Below, piece by piece: positions 33,700-47,392 of a DNA stretch of 64,000 bases (the stretch's first letter is position 1; the number at the start of each line of letters is the position of its first letter). The notes under the pieces were generated by a model. The model saw only the letters and a list, made by a program, of their open reading frames with translations, was not told the DNA's origin and did not search any database. This DNA comes from Raillietiella orientalis (Eukaryota), in assembly GCA_036172245.1 (NCBI GenBank), contig JAYWIR010000006.1, positions 4,712,001 to 4,776,000 of the forward strand, in the 5' to 3' direction. The position numbers and the translations under genes were made by a program.

Positions 33700-34780
33700 G
33701 AGAAAAAGGAAAAGGAGTGTTTACGCGGGGCACGGTATGTGCGTGAGTGCTGGTGCCATGGCAAGAGGTCGGGAGCAGAGTCCAATGGCGGCGTCTCCTC
33801 CAGAGCGGCCCCGCGCGGCCGCTCCCGTGGGTGCCTGGGGTCCCGTCCGAAAGGGAGAGGTCTTCGGTTCGGCCGCGGGACCCCGGGAGCTGCTGGCGCC
33901 GGCTGCCGCCGCCTCCCGAGTCGGCGCGGTCGGGGGAAGCGAGGAGGCCGCTGGTCCCGGCAGATCAGCTTGCCGAAGGAACCGGCACCCGGCCTTGCGG
34001 CCCTCTCCTGTCTCCTCGCGGAGCTCTCCAGATGCCCAGAGATAAGCCTTCGGCGCTCTGATAAGGGGAAGAGGCTCCCCCGCCGAGCCGCTTTCGGAAA
34101 CGGGCCGAAGGCGGAGCAGGGAGAACGGGAAGGCCAGCGCCATGTGCCGCGATAAGGCGGACGGCAGAGGGGAACACGATGGCATCCCATTTCCTGAGGG
34201 AGGGGGAGGATGGGGCCGTCGCGCTGGGAGGCATCGCGCAACCGGCGGAGGAACGGGAGCCGCTACGAGGGAGCCCTGACGTGGGTCAGGCATGGAGCGA
34301 AGACGGGTCTCTCGCGGATCCGCTCGTGTGCGCGCGCGCCAGCATCCCTAGGGACGGAGCCGGATGCATCCTGGCAAGCCTGGACGCATCCGCGGAGCCC
34401 CGCGGAGGAACGTCCAGGCCGAAGCCCGAGGTTGAAGTGCGAAGAGATCCTCGCGCGACCCGGAGGACCATCTTCCGCGAGCTCGCACCACGAGTGACCA
34501 GCGACTGCCGTCTAGAGCGGCCCTGACACGCCACCAGGGCCGCTCAGGGCTTCGCTGCCATGGTCACTCCTGGAGGTTCGATGCAGTAGCATTCGACCTG
34601 ACCTCGTTCGGGACGCCTGTAGTCGGTCTTTCCTGCGACAGGAACGACGACAATTTGAGTCCTGCATCAAAACTCTGGAGCGAGCTGGCGGCTCAGGGCC
34701 TGCCGGCCTCGAAAAGAGCAACCACCGCTCGAAGACGCGCTCGGGCAGACTGGACGAGCGGCCAGCTCGAGATCAGATGC
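33700..34780 (+). mobile_element. Probable decayed LINE ORF2 fragment
   Basis: LVCARASIPRDGAGCIL resembles the family motif LCAPRRDGGLGLL. Confidence 0.3.
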
Positions 34781-34794
34781 AACCCTTCCACCGA

Positions 34795-35650
34795 TTGGCA
34801 CCTGGTTGCGCCGTGGCGTTTATTTATAAAAAATAAACAGACAAGTCAGTGGCAGGACGCCTGGTCCCGCCACTTCACAGATATAAACATGGGAACCTGC
34901 GGAGAGCGGGCGTGCAGGCCAGCGAGGTTCATCTCAGCATCAGAAGGGAGGGGGAAGGGGAGCAAACAAAAATAAAAATACAATAAAAATAAAGATATAT
35001 ACAAAAAAAAACTTTGGAGGGTTCGGGAAGGGATCACCAGGTGCCGGAAGATCCTCCTCATCCTTGTGAGAATGCCGGCAAATTCCTGCTTCAAGACTCC
35101 CCTGGGAGTCTTAAAGCAGGAAGAACGCTGTCCCCATGAAGAGGACGGCAAAATAGATGGCGTTCTTGTTATTCCCACCTTCTCTTGCGTCACGATCACG
35201 CGTAGGCAGCACAGTGCTGCTTGGGGTGCAGCCAGCGTGAGGGCGTTGCTCAGGAGGAGGTGTTTCAGAACGTCTCTGGGAGGTTGCTTTCGGGGTTGTT
35301 CCGAAGGGACGCGGCAAAGACGCGTTCATGCCGGGAGCGGAGGGCGACACAAGCAACAAACAGGAGCGGGAGGGACTCTCTCTCGCCGCAGCTGCTGCAT
35401 TTGAGGCTCATCTCCTCCCCCGGGTCCGATGGTGTCGGCGACGGTTGCACGGGAGGTCCCGGCGCGACAGAAGGATCGCCTTGCTTTACGGGGAGCGCAC
35501 TGCTGTTCCAGCACGCTGAAGGCCACTTTGCCTGCTCGGAAGGGGTTTGCAGCGTAGCAGCCCTTTAGTTGGGACACTCGGGGTGGCAGCGTCCTCCATC
35601 GGCTCCCGAGTTGTCCACGCATGTAAAAGTTTTTCCTGTTGTCAGTGGTG
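34795..35650 (-). mobile_element. LINE ORF2 C-terminus plus 3' UTR
   Basis: CSSCGERESLPLLFVAC zinc-finger remnant; GILTRMRR...TGA-TCCCTTCCC; structured UTR with AATAAA at 34819-34824. Confidence 0.72.
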
Positions 35651-38600
35651 TACGTCACTTCCCACCTTGCAGGAGGGTCGCTTTTAGAGAGGACAGCACT
35701 GGGGGAAGGGGGTGAACGACGCCCAAAGCAGATTCCTGGTGTTACCCAGGATTTCCCTCAACGACATGAGAGCGCATCCGCTGTTGCTCAGGCAGATGTA
35801 CTTGCCTCGCCCGTGCCCTTCCACGGGGGAGGGTTTCCCGCGGACGTCCTCGAACCCACAGAGGTTTTCCCGGAGTTCCGTTTCGGCTGCCGGCCCAAAG
35901 CTCTGACGTGGGACGGGCATGGGACGAAGAAGGACGCGTCGCGAGCCACGAGGAAGGAGCGAAGAAGAGTGCTCCCCGCGACTTCACTCTTCCTCCCTCT
36001 CTAGCAGAGGAGCCACGCTCAGAGTGAGGCCGCACCCAGGGTGATGATCATCCCGAACGGCTGCTATTCTTCGAGATCACCGATCTCGTCCGGAGGGGGG
36101 AGAGGAGGCATCCTTGGAGACCCCGGCGACGCGGCACGCGAAGAACGCGTGCCGTGCTCTCTTTCTCTCTCTCTCTAGGTAACGTCAGCTCCTCTGCTGG
36201 CGAGCACGAACTCCCGACATCATCTCGAAACGGACGTCGGTTCGTCGACATCCGTTTTCGGTAGGTCGTCGCCTTTTTCGGAAGGAAAAGTTCCCGATCT
36301 CCATCCGCGTTCTCCCCTTCTCCCTGCCGCATCGATTCCCGGTTCAGGGATCCCGACGCGCCTTCCCCGGGAGGCGACCTCGAACGGGAACCTACGCGCG
36401 GAAGCGCTGGGCGCGCGTGCGTCCCCTGAATCGCGCCACATTGTGTGGTGCACCGTTCCCGCCGCAGTGCGCACACCATCCCGTTTCTGCAGCAGCTCAG
36501 AATGCACGGAACGATTACGCATATACGATTACTGCGGATCCGCGTTTCCTCCCACTCGGCGCCATTTCGTTCAAGGTTGCTGCAAGAACGGGAGGAGGGG
36601 ACTTCCAGAGCCACGCCCGGCAGGCGTCCTGAGCTCTTCGCGTGGGGGATCGCTCCTTAACGCGTCTCTTCGAGTGTTCCGAGAGGAGGGTCTGTCGACT
36701 CCTGCATCCTGGGGCCTGCCCCATTTCCGCAGTTACATCATGCGCGCAAGAGGAAACGAAGAGGACGAGCTCGTCGCCTGTTGAGCGGTCGGTTCCGCAC
36801 GCCGACGCGTTGGGAGAAACAGAGCCTCCGGGAACAAAAGGATGCGCAGCTGCGAGATCCAAAGCTCCCGGGCGCCTGCCTGGTGAAGAGACGGGCGACC
36901 GCAGCCGGGAGGAAATTTTCGCGTTTCATTGAGCACTCGTCAGGGCGCTGAGGCAGTACAGCCTTAGGTGAGCTTGAAGCAGCCTGCAGGGAACCCCAGC
37001 ATTTTTCTGGAAAAGTCTGAACTCCCGTCCTGGAGTGGAGAAGCAGGACGTGGATGAAATTTCACGTTTTTTTCCCTCCATTTCTCAGGACGACACTTTT
37101 GCCAAGAAAGCGGCGCCGGAGAAACTGCAACCGGATGGCGCTCTGCGACGTGACCTTTCCAGTAGAATTCGAGTCTCAGATCGGCTGATGTACGGGAATC
37201 ACGCACGTTAGTGTTTTGCTTACTTGCTAAATGGATTTTCAAAGAACGGATCCTGGCGGAATATGATCTATATGAATCCAAAGCTCACGGCTTCATCTTA
37301 GAACCTTGGTAGGAAGACAATTCTGGCCTCCAGGAATCTCGTCACACAGCTGAGTGGAGTTTCCAGGAAGATGGCTCTTTAGTAGAAGCAGTATTTGCTT
37401 GAATTCCAGCAAGTCGGGGGATCCTGGATGGAGTTATCGGGAGCACATGTGACCCCGAAGAATTCGGCTCTTGATCGCAGAAGTGCGTCTTCAGCGGACA
37501 AACCCCAAGCCGTACGATGGAGAGGATGAACAACCTGCACATCTCGCATTCCACCCTGCGAGACGCCTGTGGTTTCAAAAGCGTTCTGAAGCGACCACAC
37601 AGACTCACGAAAGCGTGGAACGTCCTGGGATGGATCCGCAGTTTCAGTGTAGGACAGCTACGCGAAGATACGGAAGAGGAAGCTAACGCGGGAAATCGGT
37701 TAGGAGAGTGCAAAGACTACGAGTATCGAATCTTTCTTTTGGAAGCAAAAAGTTGAAAGTCCTCTTTGTGAAATGTACTTTTCGTAGCAGTCGTTCCAGC
37801 TGCAATCGCTCACCGAATAACGAGTACTCCTCTCACAGACGAAATACTGAAAAATACATTGAGCGTTCCTAAGGGATTCTAGAAATATTTTCAAACTGCT
37901 TATCCACTACATCCACTACACTGACTTCCCCAAAACATACACTGCTTGTTTTTAACATGGCAGTCTGCCATTTGTTATTCCGACTAAGATCGCAAGAATT
38001 ACGGATAAGATGAGAAACCTGGGGTTTGGAAAAACGAAAGTTAAAAAACAAAAACAAAAAAAGCTTTCAAATTTGCAATCGACAAACCACTCTTTCCAAC
38101 TAAAGACACACACGGCAAGGGTAGGGGTGGGGTACATATCTGTTTACTACCAGCATTGCGCGATATCCCGTTATCCAGACCGGCTTTAGTTCGTTTTCAG
38201 TGTTTCCACCTTATTTTATGGCTTACTAACTGATTCACATTTCTTATCGACGAAGAAGCTTCTACGGATTGAAAGTGCTCTTCGTTTCAACACGTACTTC
38301 GCTCAGCACACGTAGCTTTCCACATCCATCCTCGTTTCCGAGAAATATTTTAAACTCCTGCAAGACTTCAGATTATCTGCGATGCCTCGGTTGTTTTGAA
38401 ACCAAAAAGAAAGAAAGAAAAAAGAAGAAAAAAAAAAAAGATTTCACACCTTCCATGAAACTCAAACCAGTTAATAAATTGAATTCCTCGATTTCTTTCT
38501 TTTTTTTTTTTTTTTATTAACGTGAAATACTATGAATCTCAACTACCTAATCCCTAGGAAAAAAAAAAAAAACAGAGAATAAAGTAAAAACGTCCAAACT

Positions 38601-39574
38601 TTGAGAAGCTCTCTCACGGTGGATGTTATCAAGCGATATTTCTTTCGTGAGATGCAATCAGCTCTCTTCAGCACCATCATCGTCAAAAGAAGAAAGACGG
38701 GCATGCTTTCTGTTTCCTGCAGTCGTTCGCAGCGTCAGGAGCCGCGCTCCGTTTCCTTTTTCTTCTTTTCCAGATCCACCTGTTCCGAAGATGGCCACCC
38801 GCTTGCTCTGCAGTGATACCACCGGTTTTGGATGGCGTGTGCACTCTTGTCGCATCTTTGACGTGCGCCGCTGAACACGTGTTCGCTCGCAAATGTGGTG
38901 AGCCTGAGGAGAGAGCGTTCCGTTTCCGCGTGCAAAGGGGGGGCCGAGGTGGAACTCGAGCAGCGGGCCGCGCTCGAATTTTGGAAGGGGCAACCGGTTT
39001 TCAGGTGTCTGTCATTAGTGATTAGTGCAGATTGCCATACGCCTGCCTTTGAAACTCGATAACCACTTCGTTCACGTGATCGAGTCGCTTGCTTTTGGCG
39101 CTGCTAGCACGGCAAGCCGGGGTGTGTGTGTGCCCCCCCCCCCCCACCGGCTTGCAGTTTTCTGCTTTCTACTCTTCGGGACGTTTGTGTCCTCGAGGTT
39201 CCAAAACTGGCACGCGAGAAAAGAGACTCGTGTGGGTTATGCATCATACATGAGGGAGTACGTACTGTATTTTGAATCTTCTAAGCTGCTTGAACATGGC
39301 AATGTTCCTCGTATGTGCATATCAAACAGCTGCTGGCGATGATGATGCGACCGGGGAGCTTCTAGAAAAAAAAAGAAAAAAAAAATCTCACCACTTCCTA
39401 CGGTGGGACACGCCTCCGGCAGCACACCACTCTTATCAAAGTTTTGAATTTCCTACATGATCCCAGACCACACGCCCTTTTTGTAATGGATAATTGATTC
39501 GTTCAGTTTGACGAGGGTTCCGGATTTCGAAACTGAGGCGCTAGCCAGCTAGTATTCCCAGAAAGCTGAATTCT

Positions 39575-39810
39575 ACTGGAGAGAGAGAGAGAGAGAGAGG
39601 CAAAAAGGAAAAAACAAAAAACGATGCAGGTAGGAAGTCTTCCCAGAAATTCGGACTGGCAATCTTTCTGCATGAAGACGCGTTCCCCCCCCCCTTCCCT
39701 CCACTTCAATGTGAATCGAGATGCATCGCGCTCGAAACGCACATACGGTGACGTATCACATCATAAACCAATGGCATTCTGACAAATTCATCGATGACGC
39801 AGACGTCCCG
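39575..39810 (+). promoter_or_regulatory. Putative Herp promoter: (GA)n tract, TGACGT (39749-39754), CCAAT (39768-39772), TGACGCA (39795-39801)
   Basis: Motifs read directly, 160-390 nt upstream of the ATG; CRE/UPRE-like cores suit an ER-stress gene; TSS unknown. Confidence 0.45.
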
Positions 39811-39962
39811 GGTTGTCTGCGTGAATGTTTACCATTGCTGTGCAGAAGGTCGAACACAAAATGGCAGATGAGCGTGTGGAGTTGTGGTGAAATTTCATCC
39901 GTGAACTGAAATATTTTCCTTTTTTTTTGTTTTCCTTTCCCGAAGAAGCATTACGTTCACCC

Positions 39963-40097
39963 ATGGAAAGCTCGTTTCTTAAGGTTGTCGTCAAGACCCC
40001 AAATCAAGAAATTGACGATCAGGTTGTGTACTGTGAAGGAAGCTGGACCATTAAGCAGTTAAAGGGGCACTTGACCGAAATCTTTCCCAGTAAACCA
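39963..40097 (+). CDS. Herp: Herp exon 1
   Basis: ccATGG start; ends CCA|GTTAGT, phase 0. Confidence 0.9.
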
Positions 40098-41656
40098 GTT
40101 AGTATGCTTTCCTTTACTGTAGCACGTTCGCTGTGTTTGTCCATGGCAAGCTAACTGCATCCTTTTGTTAGATTCTTTTCTCTTCTTTTAAAAACGGAAT
40201 TTTCAAGTGTTGTGAAAACTATGATCTCCTAAATAAGCGTCAAATTCCATTACTGATTCAGGTGGCATTTTTTGTAGTGGGATTTTTCTCTTTATCAGAG
40301 TACAGTCACTTATTGACCATAGTAAGAATTCCTCCCATCCAGTTTTGTTACTTGTATTTCGAATTTTTGCCAATGGTGCAGTAATTTGCTCCTACTGTTT
40401 GATCACTAGTAGGTAGGCAAGAAATTGCATAAGCTCATTGGTTAGCATAACAGCGTTTTCTTCACACATTTGTTTCTTGATAGATAGAAAATTGATAAAA
40501 TTTTCGATCCAGGAGTAATGTAAAAATTTTAATATTGTTGAGTTGCCATGATTCTGGTGTTCTCTTAAAAATTTGCCTTCTGCTTGTTTCCTCGGCCTTT
40601 TCCGTTTTTTCTATACATATACAAAAGTATCTTATCAAGACATTGATATTTCAGAAATCTGAAGAACAGAAGCTCATTTATTCTGGGCAATTATTAAACG
40701 ATCATTTAATTCTCAAGGATGTTTTGAATGAGCATCACACTGATGTCCATACAGTTCATTTAGTTTGCCCATCGTTACCAAAAGTTCTACCACCAGAAAC
40801 TATTCTGAAACCTATGCAAGCTAAGGAGGAGAGAGATCAGCAGCACAGTGTGCATGTTGATAGTGGATCCAGAAATGGAGTAGCTGAAAATACGAACAAA
40901 TTGCAGTTTTCACAACAGCAGCAGCAGATGTATCAACAAATGATGTTGATGTATTCCCAATACATGATGCAATACATGGACTAGTAAGTTCATAAAACAG
41001 ATGTGTATGCAGAAAAAAGGTTTAATGATACCAAGAAATGAATAGCTATATATTCTTAATGTGCTAAGTAGAAATTTGTTATTTTAGTTTGCAACATAAC
41101 TCCATGATTAAAAATCATGGTGATGTTTCAACAGAGGAAATCAATCCCTCTGTTTCTTCAACATCCATTGACCAAAGACCTCAAGTTCTCCATGGAGCTG
41201 AGCAACAGCCCATTATCAATCCACAGATAGTTCAGCCTGCCTTTCGTGCCGATGATGACGATGATGGGCATCAGAATCATAATTGGATTGATTGGATGCA
41301 TTTGATCTTCCAGTTTTTGCTGTTCCTTAGTCTCATCTATTACTATTCTTCTGCAATGAGAATGTTTCTGGTCATGTCTACTGGCATCATTGTATACATG
41401 TGAGATACGAAACAGTTGTAGTATTCTTGAAGATGCTTGCATTTGTTTTTGCAGGTATCAGCTTCATCGAAATATGCAAAGGAGGCATAGTTTTCAAACT
41501 CAGACACATGAACAGCCTCCGTCGCAAACAGATAGCACCGAGAATGTTGTCAATGAAATTGAAAGAGAGCCAGCAAGAACATCAATCTTTTGCACTGCTG
41601 TAGCCTTTTTACAGAGCCTTTTGTTTTCCATCATTCCTGAACTGCCTACCAACTGA
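39963..41656 (+). CDS. Herp: Herp/HERPUD-family ER-stress ubiquitin-like membrane protein, 4 exons (39963-40097, 40655-40983, 41088-41399, 41455-41656), 325 aa
   Basis: N-terminal UBL domain (LKVVVKTPNQEIDDQ...WTIKQLKGHL...PSKP|KSEEQKLIYSGQLL...HTVHLVC); Q/Y/M-rich middle; DDDD...NWIDW then hydrophobic segment (FLLFLSLIYYYSS.MRMFLV); C-terminal FLQSLLFSIIPE. All introns GT-AG with matching phases. Confidence 0.93.
40655..40983 (+). CDS. Herp: Herp exon 2
   Basis: atttcag|AAA; QKLIYSG motif; ends TA|GTAAGT. Confidence 0.92.
41088..41399 (+). CDS. Herp: Herp exon 3
   Basis: ttttag|T completes Tyr; hydrophobic region; ends AT|GTGAG. Confidence 0.9.
41455..41656 (+). CDS. Herp: Herp exon 4
   Basis: tttttgcag|G; YQLHRN...SIIPELPTN stop. 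Confidence 0.9.
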
Positions 41657-44600
41657 CATCTAAGCTGCTTGAAACTGTGATATGCTGTGGTATCGGGAAC
41701 TGATTTTTCCTACCTAATTCAAGTCCGAGTGCATAAATGCTTTGTTACTTGTTAATGTTTTTTTAATTCAGAGGAAAGATAGAAATGTTGGAATCTTTAA
41801 GAAAAAAAACAAAAAAAGAGAGAAGATGAATTTCTTTCAAGTGAACATTTTTGTAACCAGATAGGGTTAAGAGCTTATATTCAGATGGCGTTTTTCCTTT
41901 GTTTGTGTGTTTTGGTGTTTATTTATTTATTTATTTATTTTTTTCATTAAATCAGGCAACCAGTATTAATCTAGTATACATTTGATTCTTGCAATGGATG
42001 GTTAATTACTTATTGTGTATGGGGTTCTGTTCATCCTGTGTGTTTGCATTTGAAGTTTTATTTAAAAATTTGGCTGCACAATCAACTGTGAAAAGTTTGA
42101 ATCTTGACAAAAAGTTGTTCCACGAAGAGTAAGGGCATGTAAGTAGTTGCTTTGATTTCCTATTTCTTGTGGACCTGTAATGAGAGAGATGCTTTTTTTG
42201 GTCAGTAGATTGCAGGCACCTCACTTTGTGAAATTGCAATTAAAGTCGAATCCTTGCAGAGTAAGTATGTGGAGGATGCTGTGCTTTGATTTTTCCATGC
42301 GTGGAAACCTAAGGGTTTTCAAACGTTGGTTGGTGTCTGTTGTGAGTGAGTGAGTGTTGGAAAATGGATAGTGCCGGCTGCAATGATGAAAATGCAGCAC
42401 ATTTTTGCAGTTGTCAAGGAATTCTCAGTGAACTGTAAAGTTGATGGCATTTGCAAGGTTTTTTCTTTTGACGGAACATTTGGAACTTTTGCCTGGAGTA
42501 CGGTTGAATAGTCTGAATTACTTGCTAACGAAATCAGCTCCGCGTTTGTCGTTTTAGTAGTTTACATGGATGTTGAACGTTGAAGTTCATGGGCTGAAAG
42601 TTATCACAAGAGCTGGTGACGCCATCATGAATTCCTGGAGGTGCTCTTTGTGATGAGAGAAGTTACACAGACCCCTCGTGGATGTGTAAGCTGTGTCCCG
42701 ATTCGAACGCGGACGCCTTCCGCCTTTCCGTGGCATGACCCGAGCGTAATAAAAACAAAAATTTCGTTGCCGTTGCGCAGGCGCATAGTTTTTTCCATGC
42801 CAGTGTGCCTTTGGCTGGGTCAGGGTGAAGCGCAGGGCCTGGAAACTGGCTCGCAGGCTTCGGAGACTGTTTTCACCGACTCCCCCAGTGACCCCCATCG
42901 GTTCCGGAAATTCTGGTGCCCTCGTCAGAAACGGTTTCATCTGTGTACGTCTCGGGCCCGTCCTAACGTGGTGTCGTGGGGGGGGGGGGCACGTAAGAAG
43001 GTGCGCGGATCGCTGTGTCCTGCTCGCCAGGATTGCCGACTTCCGAGCCTCCGTTAAGAAGGGCACCTACTAAGGCCTCCGGAGGAACGGCCGATTTCAT
43101 AGCTTCCCCGAGGCACTCGGTCGTCAGCAGCAACCTTCAGAAACGGATGAAGTGCATTTAATCGTCAAACTGCTATAAGTGAGCATGCAGTCGTTACCAT
43201 GAAGACACGGAAATTCCTTATGCACCAGGTTTCCGAAGGCTGAAGATGCATTTTGTAGTTTGTACACATTCGGTATTACGCCGCATTCGTAGCAAAGTGT
43301 GCTTTTTATGGTTTTACCTGGAGAAGAAAAAAAAAATGAAAAAAAATACCGTATCCAGAACCGTTCATTCCTGACTTGTAAAAGAAAAAAAAAAAAAAAA
43401 AAAAAATTGCTTGTTTTAGTTGAATCGAGAGACCTATTTTTCCCTTCTTTCGTTCGATATGGTTTAGAAGGTGATAGGGCAAGGAAAAAAAAAATTTGCA
43501 TTGGTCGATGAGATCGTCTCGAGTGTGGTCAGAGCCGGTGGAGAACCAGCGGTGGTGGAGATGGTTTGTTCCCGTGGAGCGTCGGCGATTTCCGGCGAAT
43601 TTCAGTCGAAGAGATGATCTAAATCGTCCGGTTATCTAAATAGGGCTTGTGTTTGCGATACAAATCACGAAACCGGGAGCTCCATCCCCGGGTTACTTTT
43701 TCGAGCTGGATATCAGCATTCGTGAAACGGCTTTTCTGCCGTTTGCATGAAGATGCGGATGTGCTCCAGTTTGCTCCAGACAACACATGGCCTGCAGCGC
43801 GCATACCAAGCAGCAGGGCGCTGATAAAGCGTATGGAATTTTTTGCCTTGTAAAATGATTTTTTTCCTGGCAGCTTAGATGGCACGGGAGGGCTTTGGGT
43901 ATTTGCAATTCTGATTTCACACTTCCTCGTGTCCAACCACCGCTGGAAACGGCGTTTCTCCCCTGTTCCCCTTTTCTCATCGCGTGTGCTCAGCCCCAGA
44001 AAGGGGTCTCCCGGACTGCTTCGCAAGGAACGCTGGGCTGCTGCTGCGCAGCACATTGATGGGTGGTCAATATCAGTGGATCACCTCATGCGAAAGCGGT
44101 TGTCGTTTGAACGGTGTTTCCCCCTCCCCCCCGACGTCCGTCGTGTGTTCCCACCGTTGACCAGAACGAAACCGGTTTTTTACAGCGTGCAGGTGTGTGT
44201 GTGTGTGTTTTTGTTTTTGCAGAATATCTGCAAAAAGACTTTTCGAAAATCACGCATGTCTTTTTCTCTTCGCGAGAAATGAGTGCATTCCTCGTTGGTT
44301 TGTAAACGAAAGAGTCTTCCGTACTCGGAATGTTTGCTCCAAATCAGATGATTAGAAGAGCAGTGTATGCGACCCACGCATCTCCAGAAAAGTAATTAAA
44401 GTTTTTTCGCCGTGCGAGGTCTGCAAACAAAGAGGTTCTGATGCTTGTCGTTGGGATCAACTGCGTTCCAAACAGAGTTACCAGGCACGGTGCAGATGGG
44501 TACGTCGTCGTGGTTACGCTCAGACGCGGGGTCTCCTGCCTCACTGCCGTTGCTTTCGCGGCAAGACGTGCAGACGGCAAGTCGGTCCGGTGGAATCCGT

Positions 44601-46299
44601 GAAATCCAAGAGATGAAAGACTCAAGAGCATCCGGATGCAGTTAGGCAGGCGTGGAATGCTTGTCGACGACTGGAAGTCTCACGGGGCTTTTGAGAACAA
44701 GAGAAGTCGGAGTGCCGGTGAAGCAGGCAGGGAAAGGGCGCAGAGAAGTCGCGCGTAGCTGTGCTGCCAATGCGCAGCATTCTCTTGCACTACGGGAACC
44801 TACGAGACCAGGTGAAGGGACGGGACGGAAAAGCGTGCGTCCCGTGCGAACGCGTGGTTGTCCTCTTTCCGTCTTCCCTACGTGCCACTTGGATGGAGGC
44901 TGGAACGCGTAAGCAGCTCCCGTGAAACTCCTTGCTCTAAAGGTCCAGACGTTCAATCTCGGAAGCGTCCTCTACGAGAACTATTCTTACGTTCGTGCAC
45001 CTTTTGACAGAAGGACCATGTCAATAAGGGGGATCCTGGGTGTTGATTTCTGGAGGAGGTCAGAGAGCGCGACACATGCCGGAATGGATGAGCATCGCAG
45101 GAAGCGCTGCAGGTTCAAGGGGCATCGGAGGAAGTGCAGATGGGTCACCGTATGTCCTGGGTTTTCGGATAAAATTGGATTTCCTTCCGAAGCGTGGACT
45201 TCGGATCCACTCTTCCATCCACGTGACAGAACGGACGGACTCAGCTGCAGAGGAGCATTTCATGAGGACTTTACCAAACATCGCTCCTTAATCTTGTGCA
45301 CAGAGTTCTCCTGATCTGGAGTCAAACGTACTGCATCGGTTCACAACTGTAGGAGCAGCTGGCGTCGGGGATGGCATCCTGCAACCTGTCGAGGTCGGTG
45401 TGAACTCCGACGGTGTGACGGCCTCAGGGTGTGAAATCCTTCTTCTGCTCCTCCATGCGAACCTGAGGATGCGTCGGTCGTGCGATCCTTCTGGTTCGGT
45501 CCGGCCTCCTCAGCAGTTGGGATCATGGTAGAGAAGGAAAACACAGAAAGGAGTGCACCTGGTGGGGCCTTTTACTCTCGACCACCCTCCAGAACAACAT
45601 GCGTCGGTAGGGCACATCCCCTTCTTTTCCAATAAATCAAGCTTGTTCCCGTCACATCTTCCTGATCGGGAGGTGCGGCCTTCCCCCGCCAGAATCGAAG
45701 GCGACCATTCCTCTTTATGCCCGAAGGCTTTTGCGCTGGAGCGCACGTTTTTTTATTTTTTCGTTCCGGGCGGCAGCTCACAGTGGGCGTCCTTCCGTTT
45801 CGGTGGCGAGCCCCCCAAAAGTGCTGCAGGAACTTCGTCGTCAGCTCGCACCTCGACAGCCTCCTCCCCGGTGCGCGCGCACTTCATCGCCCTTTATCTA
45901 ATCCGAGAGGAAGAGCTTCCAGCAGGTGAGCCATCCTCTCTCCCGCTTGTTTTCAGGCACCCGCAGCGAAGGAAACTTGACGTCGGAGAACTTGACGCTT
46001 TATCCCAAGCACACCAGGACAAAGGCGTTTTCGAAAAGCAGGGCGGTCCGTGGGAAACCCAAGCACGGGAGTGCGTGTGCGAGCTCAGTTCACCTACAGT
46101 TCTTGGGGGGCCTCCACAAATCTCCCCCGCTGCCTATATTTTCCTCTCCATCTTCAAAGTTAGGAAAATGCAAGTGCTTGCACCCTCCGCTTGCTTCAGT
46201 GGTGGCGCTGACGATCGATGAGACTTGGCTTCCGCCGCCGGAAGCGAACGAGCTGACTCGTCTTTTCCACCCGTTTTGCTTCTCCCGCGAACGGTAGTG

Positions 46300-47392
46300 C
46301 CTGGTTGCAGGGAACTGTACGCACTTGGGCGCAGCACAACGAACGATGTCTGGAAGAGACACAGCATTTGCTGCGCTGTTCTTACAACAACTGCTCTATC
46401 CGGAAGATCCTGGAAAACCTATTGAAGAGTGCTTGGGCAGGATTAACAACCTCCCTTGCCTCAGCGCTGCCCTTCCTGAGGGGCACTTCTTGCCTTCCCG
46501 TGGGCAGAAGTCTTGCGACCAGATGGGAGATTACTGTGGAAATCTCCAGAAGGAAAAGAGGGCTGGGTGAGTGGTCGATGGACCGGCTTACAGACTGCGA
46601 TCCCGAGTACCCAACCCCGAGGACTTTAATGCTGAAACGAACTACTGGGTATTCTGGAAGAAGACTTTCAGTGGCCCCCAGGGCTCTTGGACATCCACAC
46701 CCTCCCTTTAAAGTGGCGAGAGTCGGCGCTGCTGATGATTTACTGGGGCCTCCTGTGCAACTCCCTCTGGCATTACTGGACCCGGGGTTGTGTGGACCCC
46801 AACTGTGCAAGGTGCGGGGAGCAGAAATCCCTCCTTCACCTCCTAGTGGACTCTGTTACCCTCCGACCCTTTTAAGGACGCTTTGCCGCGCCTCTAGGAG
46901 CCCCCATGCGGCAGTTCCAGGGACGCATTATGACCTCTACTCGTTCGCACCGCTGTCCGTCCAGTGGCCTCTCTAGCAGCCTTGTGCTGTCTACATGGGA
47001 TTGTAGCGTCCTGGAGCCACGCAAGAGGACTGAACGATAGAGATGCCGCCATTCACTTTGACATCCACTTCCTGAAGATGGATGGCAACAAGAAGGTCCC
47101 ATCTGGAAAAAAAGTCAGCAGCAAAAGTTTGGCGGCATCCTGCTGAGGATGCAGAGGACCGTCCTAGCAGAACGTGACCCCTTCCCGCACCCTCCTCTCC
47201 TCAGATTTGTTTTATTTTTACTTTGTTTTTCTTTTTGTTTGTTCCCTGTCTTCTGCTGCCGTGGTGGAACTCACCGGTAACTCAGCAGGTTAGATATGAA
47301 AAGGAAGTGATTGGACCACCGTTCCAACCACAGAGAGTCTAAATGCTTATTTTATTTTCAAGTAAACGTTCCGGCGCACCGGGTGACAACCC
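46300..47392 (+). mobile_element. LINE ORF2 C-terminus plus 3' UTR
   Basis: LPLKWRESALLMIYWGLLC...CARCGEQKSLLHLL; GILLRMQR...; UTR ending AGTAAA-CGTTCCGG-CGCA-CCGGGTGACAACCC. Confidence 0.78.

Noticed and set aside
38658..38993. P-loop-like KRVAIFGTGGSGK in a short minus-strand ORF
   Set aside because: No S/T after GK, no ATG start or downstream NTPase motifs, no splice support; probably chance.
42006..42560. Last exon of a convergent minus-strand gene
   Set aside because: Frames are short and unrecognisable; more simply Herp 3' UTR or flank.
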